A DNA stretch of 64,000 nucleotides from an uncultured Gammaproteobacteria bacterium (GCA_963818415.1 CAWFSC010000014.1:51024-115023), one strand, 5' to 3'. Positions 8,877-19,117 are shown, numbered from the stretch's first letter. Made by a program: numbers and translations. Notes: generated by a model from the letters alone, not told the origin.

Positions 8877-10343
8877 TCACGCCGGATTGGCGCTCGGCTC
8901 GGATCCCCGAGGCGGATCACTTGCCTCGATCGCAAGCCGCCGACATTCTCTGTCCCATAGCGTCATCATCCAGAAAACGTATGTGGGCACGAAATGGAGC
9001 AGCAAACGGTTGATGCTCGTAGCCTTTTCCGCCCATAGATGAGCGTCGGTCATAAAGAACAGCAGGAAGAGCGCGGCGAGACTGCTTAGCACGAAAGCCA
9101 TTTGCGCCCGCAGCCAGCCTTCCGATCCCGGTCGCGATGCGGCCGCCGCCCCCCAAGCGACGGCCAACACCAGCAGATATCCGAACAGGTGCCAGTTGTC
9201 GTAAACGAAAAAATGACGCCAGACCGCGCCCCAACTGTCGTGATAGGCCAAGGCGAAGCGGCCGATCCAGGGCGCCTGGATCAGCGACGGCGTCACCTCA
9301 ACGATACCCAGGCCCGGAAGGCTCCAGCTAGTCCCTCCCGCCATCCAGCCCGCCGTAACCGCCGTCGCCGTGGCAGCCAGAACCGCCAGCATCCAGCGTC
9401 CGGGAAGCCTTGCCGCGAGGGCGGCTGGGATGAGAAACATGATCCAGACGGAACCTTCGCGTTTGATCATCAGGCACCCCAGCGCGAGCAGCAGCGCCAG
9501 CCCGAGCTGTCGTCTGTCGCCATTCCGCGCCCACTGAAAGAACGCCATCGACGCCAAGCCCAGGCCCGTCGCGAGCCAGAGATCCGCATAGCCGGCAAGC
9601 GCGATATGGGTGTCTAGCAGGGGCAAGGAGCAGAGCATGCCGAGAAAAAGCAGGACGGTCAGCGGCGGAATCCCCCAGAGGCGCGCTTGGCCGTAAAACC
9701 CCAGACCCAGCGCGACGGCGCAGCCGAGCCAGGGCAGATTCGCCGCCGTCTCGTTCCAGGCACCGAAGGCCAGCACTGGCCACAGCGCAAGAAGCGAGAC
9801 CATATCCGGATAATCCCAGGCGGCAATGGTACGGACGCCGCCCGACGTATCCGCCAGCCAGGCTTGGGGCGACACGAACGGCACCAATTGATGCAGCTCC
9901 GCCCATGCCCGCGCGCGAAAGGCCCAAGTCGTCCAGGCATCCCAGGCAAGGAGCGGATGCCACCAGAGCTCAAGCGCGAGCCCGGCCAGACGTCCGCCGA
10001 TCCAGAGCAGCAACAACAGGATCAGAGCCCATTGCCAGACCGCCAGGCGCGGGAGTGCAGCGCCGCGCGCGCTTTCGCGGGACTGTCGCCAGAGCCGGCG
10101 ACCTCCGGCGATGGCCAGTGCGGCGAGCATCAGGAGCGGCACGACAACACCCGGAGCCAGACCGATCGCCGTCAGTCCACGGAGCACGAGCGTGACGCCA
10201 AATATGCCCAGCAGGAACCCATAACCCAGTGCCAGCGGCCAGACGCCGCCCGCCCGTTCGCGCCAGAGGAGACGCAGCCAAACGGCGCCCGCCATCCAGG
10301 GCACCAGCAATGCCAATCCGACACCCCACCAGCCCATGCTCAC
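8877..10343 (-). CDS. polytopic inner-membrane protein, possibly GT-C/ArnT-like
   Basis: Intact 488-aa ORF with >=10 hydrophobic segments. Its start overlaps the stop of the upstream ORF (ATGA at 10340-10343). The functional call is an inference from topology and context only. Confidence 0.7.
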   Translation of the reverse strand: MSMGWWGVGLALLVPWMAGAVWLRLLWRERAGGVWPLALGYGFLLGIFGVTLVLRGLTAIGLAPGVVVPLLMLAALAIAGGRRLWRQSRESARGAALPRLAVWQWALILLLLLWIGGRLAGLALELWWHPLLAWDAWTTWAFRARAWAELHQLVPFVSPQAWLADTSGGVRTIAAWDYPDMVSLLALWPVLAFGAWNETAANLPWLGCAVALGLGFYGQARLWGIPPLTVLLFLGMLCSLPLLDTHIALAGYADLWLATGLGLASMAFFQWARNGDRRQLGLALLLALGCLMIKREGSVWIMFLIPAALAARLPGRWMLAVLAATATAVTAGWMAGGTSWSLPGLGIVEVTPSLIQAPWIGRFALAYHDSWGAVWRHFFVYDNWHLFGYLLVLAVAWGAAAASRPGSEGWLRAQMAFVLSSLAALFLLFFMTDAHLWAEKATSINRLLLHFVPTYVFWMMTLWDRECRRLAIEASDPPRGSEPSANPA

Positions 10344-11577
10344 TGCCCCCCTCGCACGCGAAAGAGCTCGCCCGCGGCATTGTCCGTGTAGACCGGCTCC
10401 ACCGGCAGTTGCGCATTCCCGGCAATGAGAAGGCCGCGCTCGCGGTCGAAACGCACCTGACGCATCGGCGACAGCACCAGCAGGAAATCGCCCGGATGCG
10501 CCTGGTCGACACTCGGCGGATCCGCCAGGCCGAGCGAGACGTTATGGGGCAGCAGGTGATAACGGGCGCGACCGATCGTCGATCCGGTCGGATCCGCACC
10601 GAGGATGAAGACCCTTGCGGATGAGTCAGGCAAGTGCCCGCGCACCTCGCGCAGAAAGGCATAGAGCGCCCGATCCGGTCCGGCCAACTGCCGCTCCGTC
10701 TCGTCCAGTCCAGCATAGATCGAGGCGGTCTGCCGCAGACGCGCGATCAGATCCTGTTGCCACATCAGATCCAGCGGTAACCAGCCGGCGATCACGAGCA
10801 GACCGTAAGGCAGCAGCGAGCGAAAGCCACGCCAAGGCGGATTCATGAGCGCAAAGAGCAGACTGCCGAGCCCGATCCACAGCGCCATGACCGGCACCGG
10901 CGGAACCCGCCCGTCGCGCGCCGCGCCTTGGTTGAAATTGATCGACCGCCCCGTCCAGCCATCGGCCCGCGTCCATTCGGACAGGATCGCCGCGAATTGG
11001 CTCGCAAGCGTTGAGCGGCTCGGGCCGCAGCTCCAGACCCTGGACGCGCAGCGGATCATGCATCGCGCCCTTGATCAGAAGCGCGATGGCAACGATCTGT
11101 CCGCGCCAATTCGGCTCGCCGCGCAGATCCAACAGCCCCTCGCCGCTTGGCGTGTAGGGACAGCGTCCGATAGTGGGGATGTCGAGGATTCTCGGCGCTC
11201 GACCAGGCCAGTTGCAGTTCCTGATCCGGCTTCAGCCCATCCACCCGCCAGACGAAGGAACGATAGCGTCCCGCGTCGAGGGATGACATCACCCCCTGCA
11301 CCACCGCGACCCCGCTTGGTCCCGGCCGGCGTACTTCGAGGCTATCGGGGCTTAGATCCCCCTCGCCGCTGACAAGACGCAGATCGGCGCCGCGCATCAC
11401 CACGGCGGGCGCGACCGCGGAATCGCTCGGCCGGTGAATCAGCCACAGCGCGAGCAGCATCAGGACCGTCGCGCCCACGGCCGCGAGCGCCAGGCTGCCC
11501 GCCAGACGCAGCCGCGCGCGGAGTCGCCTCCTGTGTGGGGGTCGAACGCCAGAAGACTCAAGGTGCGTCAGCGACAT
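10340..11577 (-). CDS. hypothetical membrane-anchored protein (two frame breaks near 11060-11130)
   Basis: Starts MSLTHLESSG...LALAAVGATVLMLLALWLIHRP (TM). The sequence continues through ORFs 11056..11811, 10626..11132 and 10340..11059 in three frames. No family recognised. Confidence 0.55.
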
Positions 11578-11949
11578 CAGCTTGTTCAAGATCCGTCGAT
11601 TGAAATAAACTGCGAATTCCGCGCCGGAGCGCTTGACGACTAAGCTCCTAGAATAACGTTCGCCGACCATCGATGAAAGCGACCCTGGCCGGAGACCGCG
11701 CCGCGACATCGCAAGACGGGCCGATCGCGGCGAGCCAATCGGATTCGCGCCGATCTGTGAGCGCGAACACGCTATCGATCGCAAATCTCCGGGTACAGTG
11801 ATCGGAGACAAATTTCAACGAAAATCTCACCCTCACATGGATCGCGAGACACCACCAACGATGTACCGCTCGAAACCGACCCGGACGACGCACGACAGCC
11901 GATCGGCACAGGCGCGCCCATTCATCTGGGCCGATCCGAGGTTCACTGG

Positions 11950-12597
11950 ATGACCTATTTCTCACAGTACGGACAGGATCGTTACATCCACGAGACCTTC
12001 TTCCGGGATCGTACCTCGGGCACTTTCGTCGAGTTCGGCGCGTTGGATGGTCTCCTGGACAGCAACACCCTCTTCTTCGAGCAACACTTGGGCTGGACCG
12101 GAATCCTGATCGAGCCGAATCCGGATGCCTTCGCCCTCCTCCAACGCAACCGACCGCGCTGCCAACTCGAAAACGTCGCCATCTCGAACACGAATGGCAT
12201 CATGCCCTTCACCCGGATCAGTGGCGGTCTTTATGGCTGGTCGGGCCTGAGCCAGGACATTGAGCCGCAACATCGCGAGCGGATCGAGCAGCGGATCGCA
12301 CCCGAGGACGTCCAAACGATCGACGTGCGGGTCCACGACCTCGCCTGGTTGGCCGAGAGGCATGGGCTGACCCAGATCGACCTCATGAGCATCGACACCG
12401 AGGGAACGGAAGAGAAGATCATGCGCGACTTCCCCTGGGATCGACTCAGCGTCGGCGTGTTCTGCATCGAGAACAATTTCGACAACTACGACATCGGCGA
12501 TCTCATGGCGGCGCATGGCTACCAGCGATCGGCGCGGGTCGGCACCGACGACATCTATGCGCAGAGCGCCCTCATGGACGGGATGGCGTCACGCTGA
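11950..12597 (+). CDS. FkbM family methyltransferase
   Basis: YFSQYGQDRYIHETFF...GTFVEFGALDGLLDSNTLFFEQHLGWTGILIEPNPDAF...NTNG is the typical FkbM/SAM-MTase N-terminus. Confidence 0.8.
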   Translation: MTYFSQYGQDRYIHETFFRDRTSGTFVEFGALDGLLDSNTLFFEQHLGWTGILIEPNPDAFALLQRNRPRCQLENVAISNTNGIMPFTRISGGLYGWSGLSQDIEPQHRERIEQRIAPEDVQTIDVRVHDLAWLAERHGLTQIDLMSIDTEGTEEKIMRDFPWDRLSVGVFCIENNFDNYDIGDLMAAHGYQRSARVGTDDIYAQSALMDGMASR

Positions 12598-13901
12598 TGC
12601 GCGTCGTCGTCTCGCTGACCACGCTCCCCGAGCGCGCGCACCTGCTCGAACGGACGATCGAATCCCTGCGCCATCAGACCTACCGACCGGACGCCATCTA
12701 TCTGTGGCTGCCCGAGGAGCGTTTTGGCGCCGGGTACGCCGGGCATCAATTTCCAGACGTCCAGACGAGATCCGGTCCGGATCTGGGTCCGGCGATGAAG
12801 ATCCTGCCGCTGCTCCCGATCGAAACCGACCCGGAGACCTTCATCATCCCGGTCGATGACGATGTCGAGTACCCGCCGGAGTTGATCGAGCGACTGGTGC
12901 GCGCGGCCTGGCTCCATCCTGATCAGGCGATCGGCTTCACCGGCTGGATCCTGAGCCCAGACGACTCCGGTGTGGACGTCCGTCACATGAACGAGGAGGT
13001 GGCCGACGCGGCCATGTTCCAGCCCGTGCATGTCCTGGAAGGCTATCGCGGGGTCATCTACCGCCGGGGGTTTTTCGAGTTCGACATCCTCGACCACCTC
13101 GCCGCGCTGCCGGCCTTCCGGCTGCATGACGACATCCTCCTGAGCGGCTACCTGGCCAGTCGCGGCGTCGGCCGAATGGTCAGATGGTATGGCGCGACGC
13201 CAGCGACCGATCGCTGGGTGTTGCATGGCCAGGAGATCGGCCTACACACCACGCCGGGGTGGCTGGAACAGGGCCGGGCCTGCGTCGACTATTGGCGCGC
13301 GCGCGCGCCAGACGCCTTTCCCGCCATTCCGACCACCTTCGCGAGGGAACGGCTCCAGTTGTGCGCAGCATCCTGTCCGCGCGCCGGTTTCACCCATCAT
13401 GCCACCACTGAACGCGCGGGTAAGCCTGATGGTGCAAAATCACTCAACGAGCACCCCTGGCCTTGGGCGGACGCACAGTTTCGCGAGATCCTGGCCATCG
13501 ACCCAGACCACTGTCTGGCCATGGACGACACCGACGCAGGCTTCGCCGGCTGGCTTGACGAATGCTTGAGGATTCTCCAGCCGGGCGGTCACCTGATGCT
13601 GCGGCTGCCAGCCGCGATCGGTTGTAGGGCGCGCGCACAATGGGGCCTGTTGCCGCCGTCGCCGTCGACCGCCGCGTGGAACGGCCTGAGCGAAACGCCC
13701 CCCTCCGAAACGTCCGCGCAGGCGATGAAAACCAGCGCCCCAGGTCATATAATGAGAGATTCAAACTCGCGCGCGATCCTGGAATCGGAATGCGGTCGCT
13801 TGATGGTGACGTTTCACAGGTGCCGCGCTATCCCGCAAGGAATCGGGCCGCTGCCCACCAAGCCAGCCCCCGCCCAAACCGACCTGGCTGTCGCCCTTTA
13901 G
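12597..13901 (+). CDS. glycosyltransferase (GT-A-like N-terminal domain) with a methyltransferase-like C-terminal region
   Basis: MRVVVSLTTLPERAHLLERTIESLRHQTYRPDAIYLWLPE...IIPVDDDVEYP. The C-terminal part has GWLDECLRILQPGGHLMLRLP. The start overlaps the FkbM stop (TGATG). Confidence 0.7.
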   Translation: MRVVVSLTTLPERAHLLERTIESLRHQTYRPDAIYLWLPEERFGAGYAGHQFPDVQTRSGPDLGPAMKILPLLPIETDPETFIIPVDDDVEYPPELIERLVRAAWLHPDQAIGFTGWILSPDDSGVDVRHMNEEVADAAMFQPVHVLEGYRGVIYRRGFFEFDILDHLAALPAFRLHDDILLSGYLASRGVGRMVRWYGATPATDRWVLHGQEIGLHTTPGWLEQGRACVDYWRARAPDAFPAIPTTFARERLQLCAASCPRAGFTHHATTERAGKPDGAKSLNEHPWPWADAQFREILAIDPDHCLAMDDTDAGFAGWLDECLRILQPGGHLMLRLPAAIGCRARAQWGLLPPSPSTAAWNGLSETPPSETSAQAMKTSAPGHIMRDSNSRAILESECGRLMVTFHRCRAIPQGIGPLPTKPAPAQTDLAVAL

Positions 13902-14103
13902 CAACGGGAACCCGACCTAGCGGCACTGGGCGCCAGAGTTACCCGACCGACGACCGACAGGCGCTGAAGGGACGAAAGGCCTGTATCTTCAGTTCAATTC
14001 GAGTCGCGCTCGCCGCTGGGAAAATCCGCGCGAACGCGGCGAAAGGGGTTGTTGTGCGAAAATGCAACAGATGCGGCACAGCAACAAAATTCGCGTATGG
14101 CGG

Positions 14104-14132
14104 TTGACTTTCTCGCGACATGCGGCATAATT
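14104..14132 (+). promoter_or_regulatory. sigma70-like promoter (TTGACT-N16/17-CATAAT)
   Basis: TTGACT at 14104-14109 and CATAAT/ATAATT at 14126-14132, ~145 nt upstream of ATG 14276, which has an AGAGGTGA RBS. Confidence 0.5.
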
Positions 14133-14275
14133 GGATCGCAACCGTTCGAGGCTTGTCGCGCAACGCCTTATGCAATCGGTTCCCTCGACCGGCCCCCGCA
14201 CCTCAAGTGCAAGGAGAGTCGGTGGGATTTGGCAAGTCGACACATGTGTTCACGCGCAAAAAAGAGGTGATTTTA

Positions 14276-15554
14276 ATGAGCTCCAATTTCAAGAAACTGG
14301 CTATCGCAGCCGGCGTTACCGCCGCCATGGCGGGCATCAGCGCGCCTACCCAGGCCAAGATCATGGGCGCCGCGGGCGAGGCACTGCTGGTTCCGTTGGT
14401 CGTGTATGCCACGCCGAGCCTGAGTGGCTATTATCGCGAACACGATCATCCATGTGAGCATCCCTGGCGTCGATTGGCTTTGATGACGTACCGAACATCT
14501 TCATCGATCCCAACAGCACGCCGACCAACCCGGAGGCCACTGGCCGTTCAACCCACATCATCCGTCCCGACCCTGACGTGGCCACGCGGATTCACTGGTA
14601 CTGGTTCGATTTTCGCAGCGTTCACCAGTTGGACAGGCCGGCTTCCGGTCACCGCGAATGGCATAGTGACGATCAACTGGTGCGCGACGCAGGATACTGG
14701 CGATACGTGGGACGGCGTGCCTGGCTACATGGTTATTGGCACCGAGATCGCCCGACGGGGCTAGCGGCCGATTTCAACATGTACGGCGATGCTTGGCTGG
14801 CGATGGACGTCACTGGCGGATAATGAAGACAACGTCGCTCGCCAGCCATCCCGGTGCTGCCGATGTCGGATGGCGCCGACTCAGTTGCGAGGCCTTGCGG
14901 CCGGCCTGCTGTCTGAACGACAGCCAATCTGAGTCTGGCGATTCCACTATAAGGGTGTCTTCCCGAATGCCGTGTCCCCGCTCATCCCGGCATGCGTACC
15001 GGGCGGTCGGACGGCGTTTCGGATTGACCGCGTTCGACCTGACGCTCTACAATCGTCTGGAACCATCGATCCAGGTGGTGTGGCTCGACCAGAACCTGGG
15101 CACTCCAGTTACGGCTCAGATCAACGTGTCCCGTTGACGTTATGAAGCTCGGAGATCCCTGCTCTTCGTCGGTCGACCTGCCGCATGAGCTGAACGTCGC
15201 TCTGGATTGCTGCCAACTAACCCTGGGAACCCGGCGTTCCTGTCAAGCCCAACTCACGTTCTTCACTCAGAGCACGGCGAATCTTCTGCGTTCCATCAAT
15301 ACCCTTCTGCGGCACTCGATCCAGCCAGCTTCGTCACCTACTACCTGCCGGAGTACACCGATCACAACCTGGACAAGCCTGAGTCGGCTGGCTTGGCGTT
15401 CAGTCTGGTCTGGAACGTCAATGGGTTCGACGCGTACAGCGCGGCTGACGACACAGCAGACGCCCTCGTCTTAAACCCAGTACCTCCTTACGCTTACTCT
15501 TCGTTTGAGCAAGCCATTCTCCTGGGCCATGAGCGCGGCATGTTCCGCCAGTAA
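14276..15554 (+). CDS. secreted protein of unknown family (many frame breaks as sequenced)
   Basis: Signal peptide MSSNFKKLAIAAGVTAAMAGISAPTQA. Protein-like sequence hops between frames (..AIIANTIIHVSIPGVD.., ..FDDVPNIFIDPNSTPTNPEATG..VATRIHWYWFDFRSVHQLD.., ..VTANGIVTINWCATQDTGDTWDGVPGYMVIGTEI.., ..FDLTLYNRLEPSIQVVWLDQNLGTPVTAQINV.., ..YLPEYTDHNLDKPESAGLAFSLVWNVNGFDAYSAADD..). It ends 26 nt before a strong terminator. Confidence 0.6.
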
Positions 15555-15579
15555 ACGGAAAATCGAGCTGTTCTTGAAG

Positions 15580-15610
15580 GCGATGCGTAGCAATGCGCAT
15601 CGCTTTTTTT
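15580..15610 (+). terminator. rho-independent terminator
   Basis: GCGATGCG-(8 nt loop)-CGCATCGC followed by TTTTTTT. Confidence 0.85.
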
Positions 15611-15818
15611 CGTAGAGTAGTCCCGCCCTTGTCCATTCCGGCAAGAACCCCCTCGAAAGGAAATCGCTCTCCCTGTGTAATACCAGACTGCCGTGGTAAC
15701 GCCAATCCCAGGAACCATCACTGTCCCAGGATGCGACTTCCAGCAGCGTCTCGCTCAAGATCAAAAACCCAGTGGGCTTTAGACGCTTTTCACGCCAAGC
15801 TTCCCATCGAGGTTGACT

Positions 15819-17048
15819 ATGCTCTCTAGAACCGGCGTGGAGCCGCTGCCTGCGGTCGCTCTTGCCTTCGCCATCTCCGCCGCCATGATAGCGGTCCCCT
15901 GCCCTGCTCGATCCCAGACAGCCTCGACGACCGATCAACCACACGGGCAGCGCTGCGTCGGCGCCAGATCATCCGCGTGCCCTTTGGCGCTCCCGCGAAC
16001 GACCTTCTGGTTGATGACTTCGACGGCGACGGCCGTCCCGATATCGCCTTGACCTCACATGGCGGAGGCTTCAGGCAGGTATTCCTGCAGGGTCCGACAC
16101 CGCGCACTTTACGGCCGGTCCCCGTGTCGAGGCGGTTGGCTTTCACCCGGGCAGCTGATTCGTGCTCCCTGACGAGGATCGGCGGCTCTATTTGATGAAT
16201 TCCGAGGGGATCGGCCTCCTGCGGGTCTTCGAGCCTGACGAGCGCATGGCGGATTGACTCAGGTTACCGAGGTGGCGTTTGACTCGCCACGACACGGCTC
16301 GGTCTTCCACTGGCCAGACTGGGATCTCGGTATCGCCGTCGCGCCCTACGGCACGCGGCTGAAATCGATCTCGTCAAGAACTTCGACCCCTTGACCGGCA
16401 AGGTGACCGGCGTCGCCAGACTGCCTTACACGCCCGCCGCCGTCTCCGCTCGCGCCCTCGCCGCCGCCGACCTGGATGCCGACGGAGCGGATGAGATCCT
16501 CTTTGCCAACACCATCTCCAACGCCGTGTACGTCATCCGCGCAGCCGCGAGTCCGGCGCCATGCCCATCGTCGAGGCACTTTGGCGTTTCAACCCGGCGG
16601 TCGAGCGCACGAGGTCATTCCCGCCGATATCGATCAGGATGGCGACATCGACCTACTGGTACCGGACGCCACGGACAAGCGCGAACTGGACCGTACCGAT
16701 ATCAATGTCCTGGTCAATGACGGGAGCGGACGCTTCACAGCTCAATCGATCCCCTTCTCGCCGCTCCCAAGATCAGCCGGGGGCATGCCCGGAATCAACG
16801 CGACCGCCTTCCAAGTCGAGCGCGACGGCTATGGCTACTTGGTCGCGGCCGGCTACGAGTCGCTGACGCTGATGCGGGTGCCGGCCGGATGGTCAGGCGC
16901 GGTCGCCGGAGACACACAAGATGGCTTTCAAGGGCATTCAGGCAATCACGGGCGCCGTGCTGCGGACATCGATGGCGATGGCTGGCTTGACTTGGTGATG
17001 TCGCGCGCGGGCAACCAAATTGCGGCGTCGTCATCCTCGGCCCACTGA
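15819..17048 (+). CDS. FG-GAP/VCBS repeat protein (several frame breaks)
   Basis: Signal-like N-terminus MLSRTGVEPLPAVALAFAISAAMIAVP. Repeated Ca-binding-loop-like motifs: DDFDGDGRPDIALTSHGGG, ADLDADGADEILFAN, ADIDQDGDIDLLVPD, VNDGSGRF and ADIDGDGWLDLVMS, spread over three frames. Confidence 0.65.
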
Positions 17049-17218
17049 CCAAGACCCTCGACACTCTCGCTTCCGAAGGGCGCGCCCCTCGATTGGTGAA
17101 TCAGGGGTGCCGCCATCCACGTTTGCCCTTAATGCCACGCTTTGATGTCATTGTATCTTGGCGCTGTCTCACTAGACAACGGCAACGGACTCATTAAGAT
17201 CATAACCGAGGAGTACCG

Positions 17219-18131
17219 ATGCGGTTCATTTTTCTTATTCTGCCTCTTGACCATGCCCGCACTCGTCACAGCGGAAGGAGCAGCCCAAGTCCCTCCGCGC
17301 TCGAGCGCCCAAAGAGATGCCGCACGTCGTCATGGCACGGGTCGGCTCCCAGGAGATCACGGTCGAGGACTTTCATGCAGTTCCTCGCGCAAGAACCCGA
17401 CACGCGTGCAGGAGGCAACGACGCCCGACGGCAAGGCCCAACTCCTGCGTGAGAGCAATCGCCAATGACCTGCTCATGCAGGCCATGAAGGAAGAGGGCC
17501 AACTCGCCGACAATCCGACCGATGCCGCCATGCAAAAGGCATTTGCCATGCTCATGAGCAAGCATTTTCCCGCGCCGCCGGCCCCTGACGACACCACCCT
17601 TCGCGCCTACTATCAGAAGCACCAAGCGGATTTCGGCATCCCCGCTTCGGTGCGACTGAGCCAGATACTGATTCAGGTCCCCGAGGATGCCAGCGACGAG
17701 GTCCGCGCCGCAACCCGGAAACGGGCGGAGGACGCACTCAAGCGCGATCGAGTCCGGCGAGTCCTTCGCGGATGTCGCCAGCGAGCTTTCAGCGAGAACC
17801 CCCGCGCCAAGGCCAACAAGGGCGATGTGGGCTTCGTCTGGCGTCACGGCAGCAGTTGGTTGGAGCCCGCCCTGCAGGGTCGTGAAGGTCGGCGGGCATA
17901 CCGGCATTGTCGACTCACCCGTGGGCTACGATATCCTGATGGTCACCGATGAGCGTGAAGCCGTCGATCACGCCCTTCGAGGAGGCCAAGGACGCCGTGG
18001 TGAAACAATGGAGCTTGGCGCAGCAGAAGAAGGCGCGGGACGCCTATGTCAAGCAGCTCGCCGATCGGGTTGGGGTCGAGATCGTCATGGAAGAGATGAA
18101 GGGGTCATTCCCCAAGGGCGTCTTCCCCTAA
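17219..18131 (+). CDS. PpiC/parvulin-type peptidyl-prolyl isomerase (SurA/PrsA/EpsD-like; >=5 frame breaks)
   Basis: GAGGAG RBS and signal-like MRFIFLILPL. Parvulin-domain pieces: ASVRLSQILIQVPEDASDEVRAATRKRAEDALKR, ESGESFADVASELSE, NPRAKANKGDVGFV and GHTGIVDSPVGYDILMVTDER. C-terminus PFEEAKDAVVKQWSLAQQKKARDAYVKQLADRVGVEI. Confidence 0.65.
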
Positions 18132-18166
18132 GCCAGACGCTACGGCCATTGATGGCAGCTCCTAGA

Positions 18167-18287
18167 TGTAGGATGGGCAAAGCGCAGCGCGCCCATCCTG
18201 TCTGCTCCGAGCATTGAGGATGGACACGCCCGAAGCGCATCGGCGGCTAAGACCAGACACCGAGCGCGAGCTTTGCCCATCCTACAT
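18167..18287. repeat. inverted pair of REP-like units (TGTAGGATGGGCAAAGC...GCCCATCCT / GCTTTGCCCATCCTACA)
   Basis: 18167-18199 and the reverse-oriented partial copy at 18262-18287. Same general architecture as family A (TAGGxTGGG...CCCA). Confidence 0.7.
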
Positions 18288-18338
18288 TTGCAGCGCTGTC
18301 CATTTAGGACGATTTCGTGAAAAGCTTATACCCAGATC

Positions 18339-18442
18339 GCATCCGTTCGTGGTGAGCTTGTCGAACCATGAACGGATGCAATACCGGCCTCGGAGCGCAA
18401 TTTTTCCGTCCGTCCTTCGACAAGCTCAGGACGAACGGAAAA
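18339..18442. repeat. two hairpin repeats sharing the core GAGCTTGTCGAA in opposite orientation
   Basis: 18339-18379: a perfect 10-bp stem GCATCCGTTC/GAACGGATGC around GTGAGCTTGTCGAACC. 18402-18442: TTTTCCGTCCGTCC/GGACGAACGGAAAA around CTTCGACAAGCTCA. Confidence 0.75.
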
Positions 18443-18552
18443 TTGGTAAGGTCTTTCCCGGAAATCACCTAAGGCTCGAGTGACGCCCTGATCAGGCTAT
18501 GTCAAGCAGACGTAACCCCAACAACCTTTCACCCGATTTCGAGATTGCGGCA

Positions 18553-19071
18553 ATGACATTCAAGACACTCGTGCTCTCCCTGATTTTCGCCGTCGCGATG
18601 CCCGCGACCGCTCTGTTTGCCGAGGAACCGGCAGCTGCGGCCAAGGCATCCGTGGCGACCCAGGTCGAGCAACGCGCCCACGCCTATCTGGATGCGCTCA
18701 AGATCCAGGATCTCCAGACCGCATACGCGATGCAGTCCGGGGCGCTCGGACAAGACCCTCACGGCCGCCGATTTTCGGCAGCGCATCAATGCCTCTGGCT
18801 CGATCTTGACTCGATTACGAGATCACCAAGGTCACTGTCAAGGACGGGAAAGGGACGGTTCAGCTCAACGCGACCTATCAGTACCCGCAGTTGCGACCAG
18901 CCGCTGTCCGTGCCGCGCACCCTCACGTGGATCTTGATCGACGGCGAATGGTATCTCCAAAGCGCCAGTCCTAAGACGACCTCGCCCCTGAGTCAAACCT
19001 GGCTCCTGACGCCTGGGCATCCGCGTTCTCGCCGGACCAAGATCCGGCGAATGCCGCTCATTGCCGCGTAA
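18553..19071 (+). CDS. small secreted/periplasmic hypothetical protein (frame breaks; 3' end uncertain)
   Basis: Signal peptide MTFKTLVLSLIFAVAMPATALFA. Plausible sequence in shifted frames (..TLTAADFRQRINASGSIL.., ..YEITKVTVKDGKGTVQLNATYQYPQL.., ..TLTWILIDGEWYLQSA..). Confidence 0.45.
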   Translation: MTFKTLVLSLIFAVAMPATALFAEEPAAAAKASVATQVEQRAHAYLDALKIQDLQTAYAMQSGALGQDPHGRRFSAAHQCLWLDLDSITRSPRSLSRTGKGRFSSTRPISTRSCDQPLSVPRTLTWILIDGEWYLQSASPKTTSPLSQTWLLTPGHPRSRRTKIRRMPLIAA

Positions 19072-19117
19072 CGAGACCGTGAAAAAATTCGCTTCGGCCG
19101 CCGATCGGCGCTCGATC

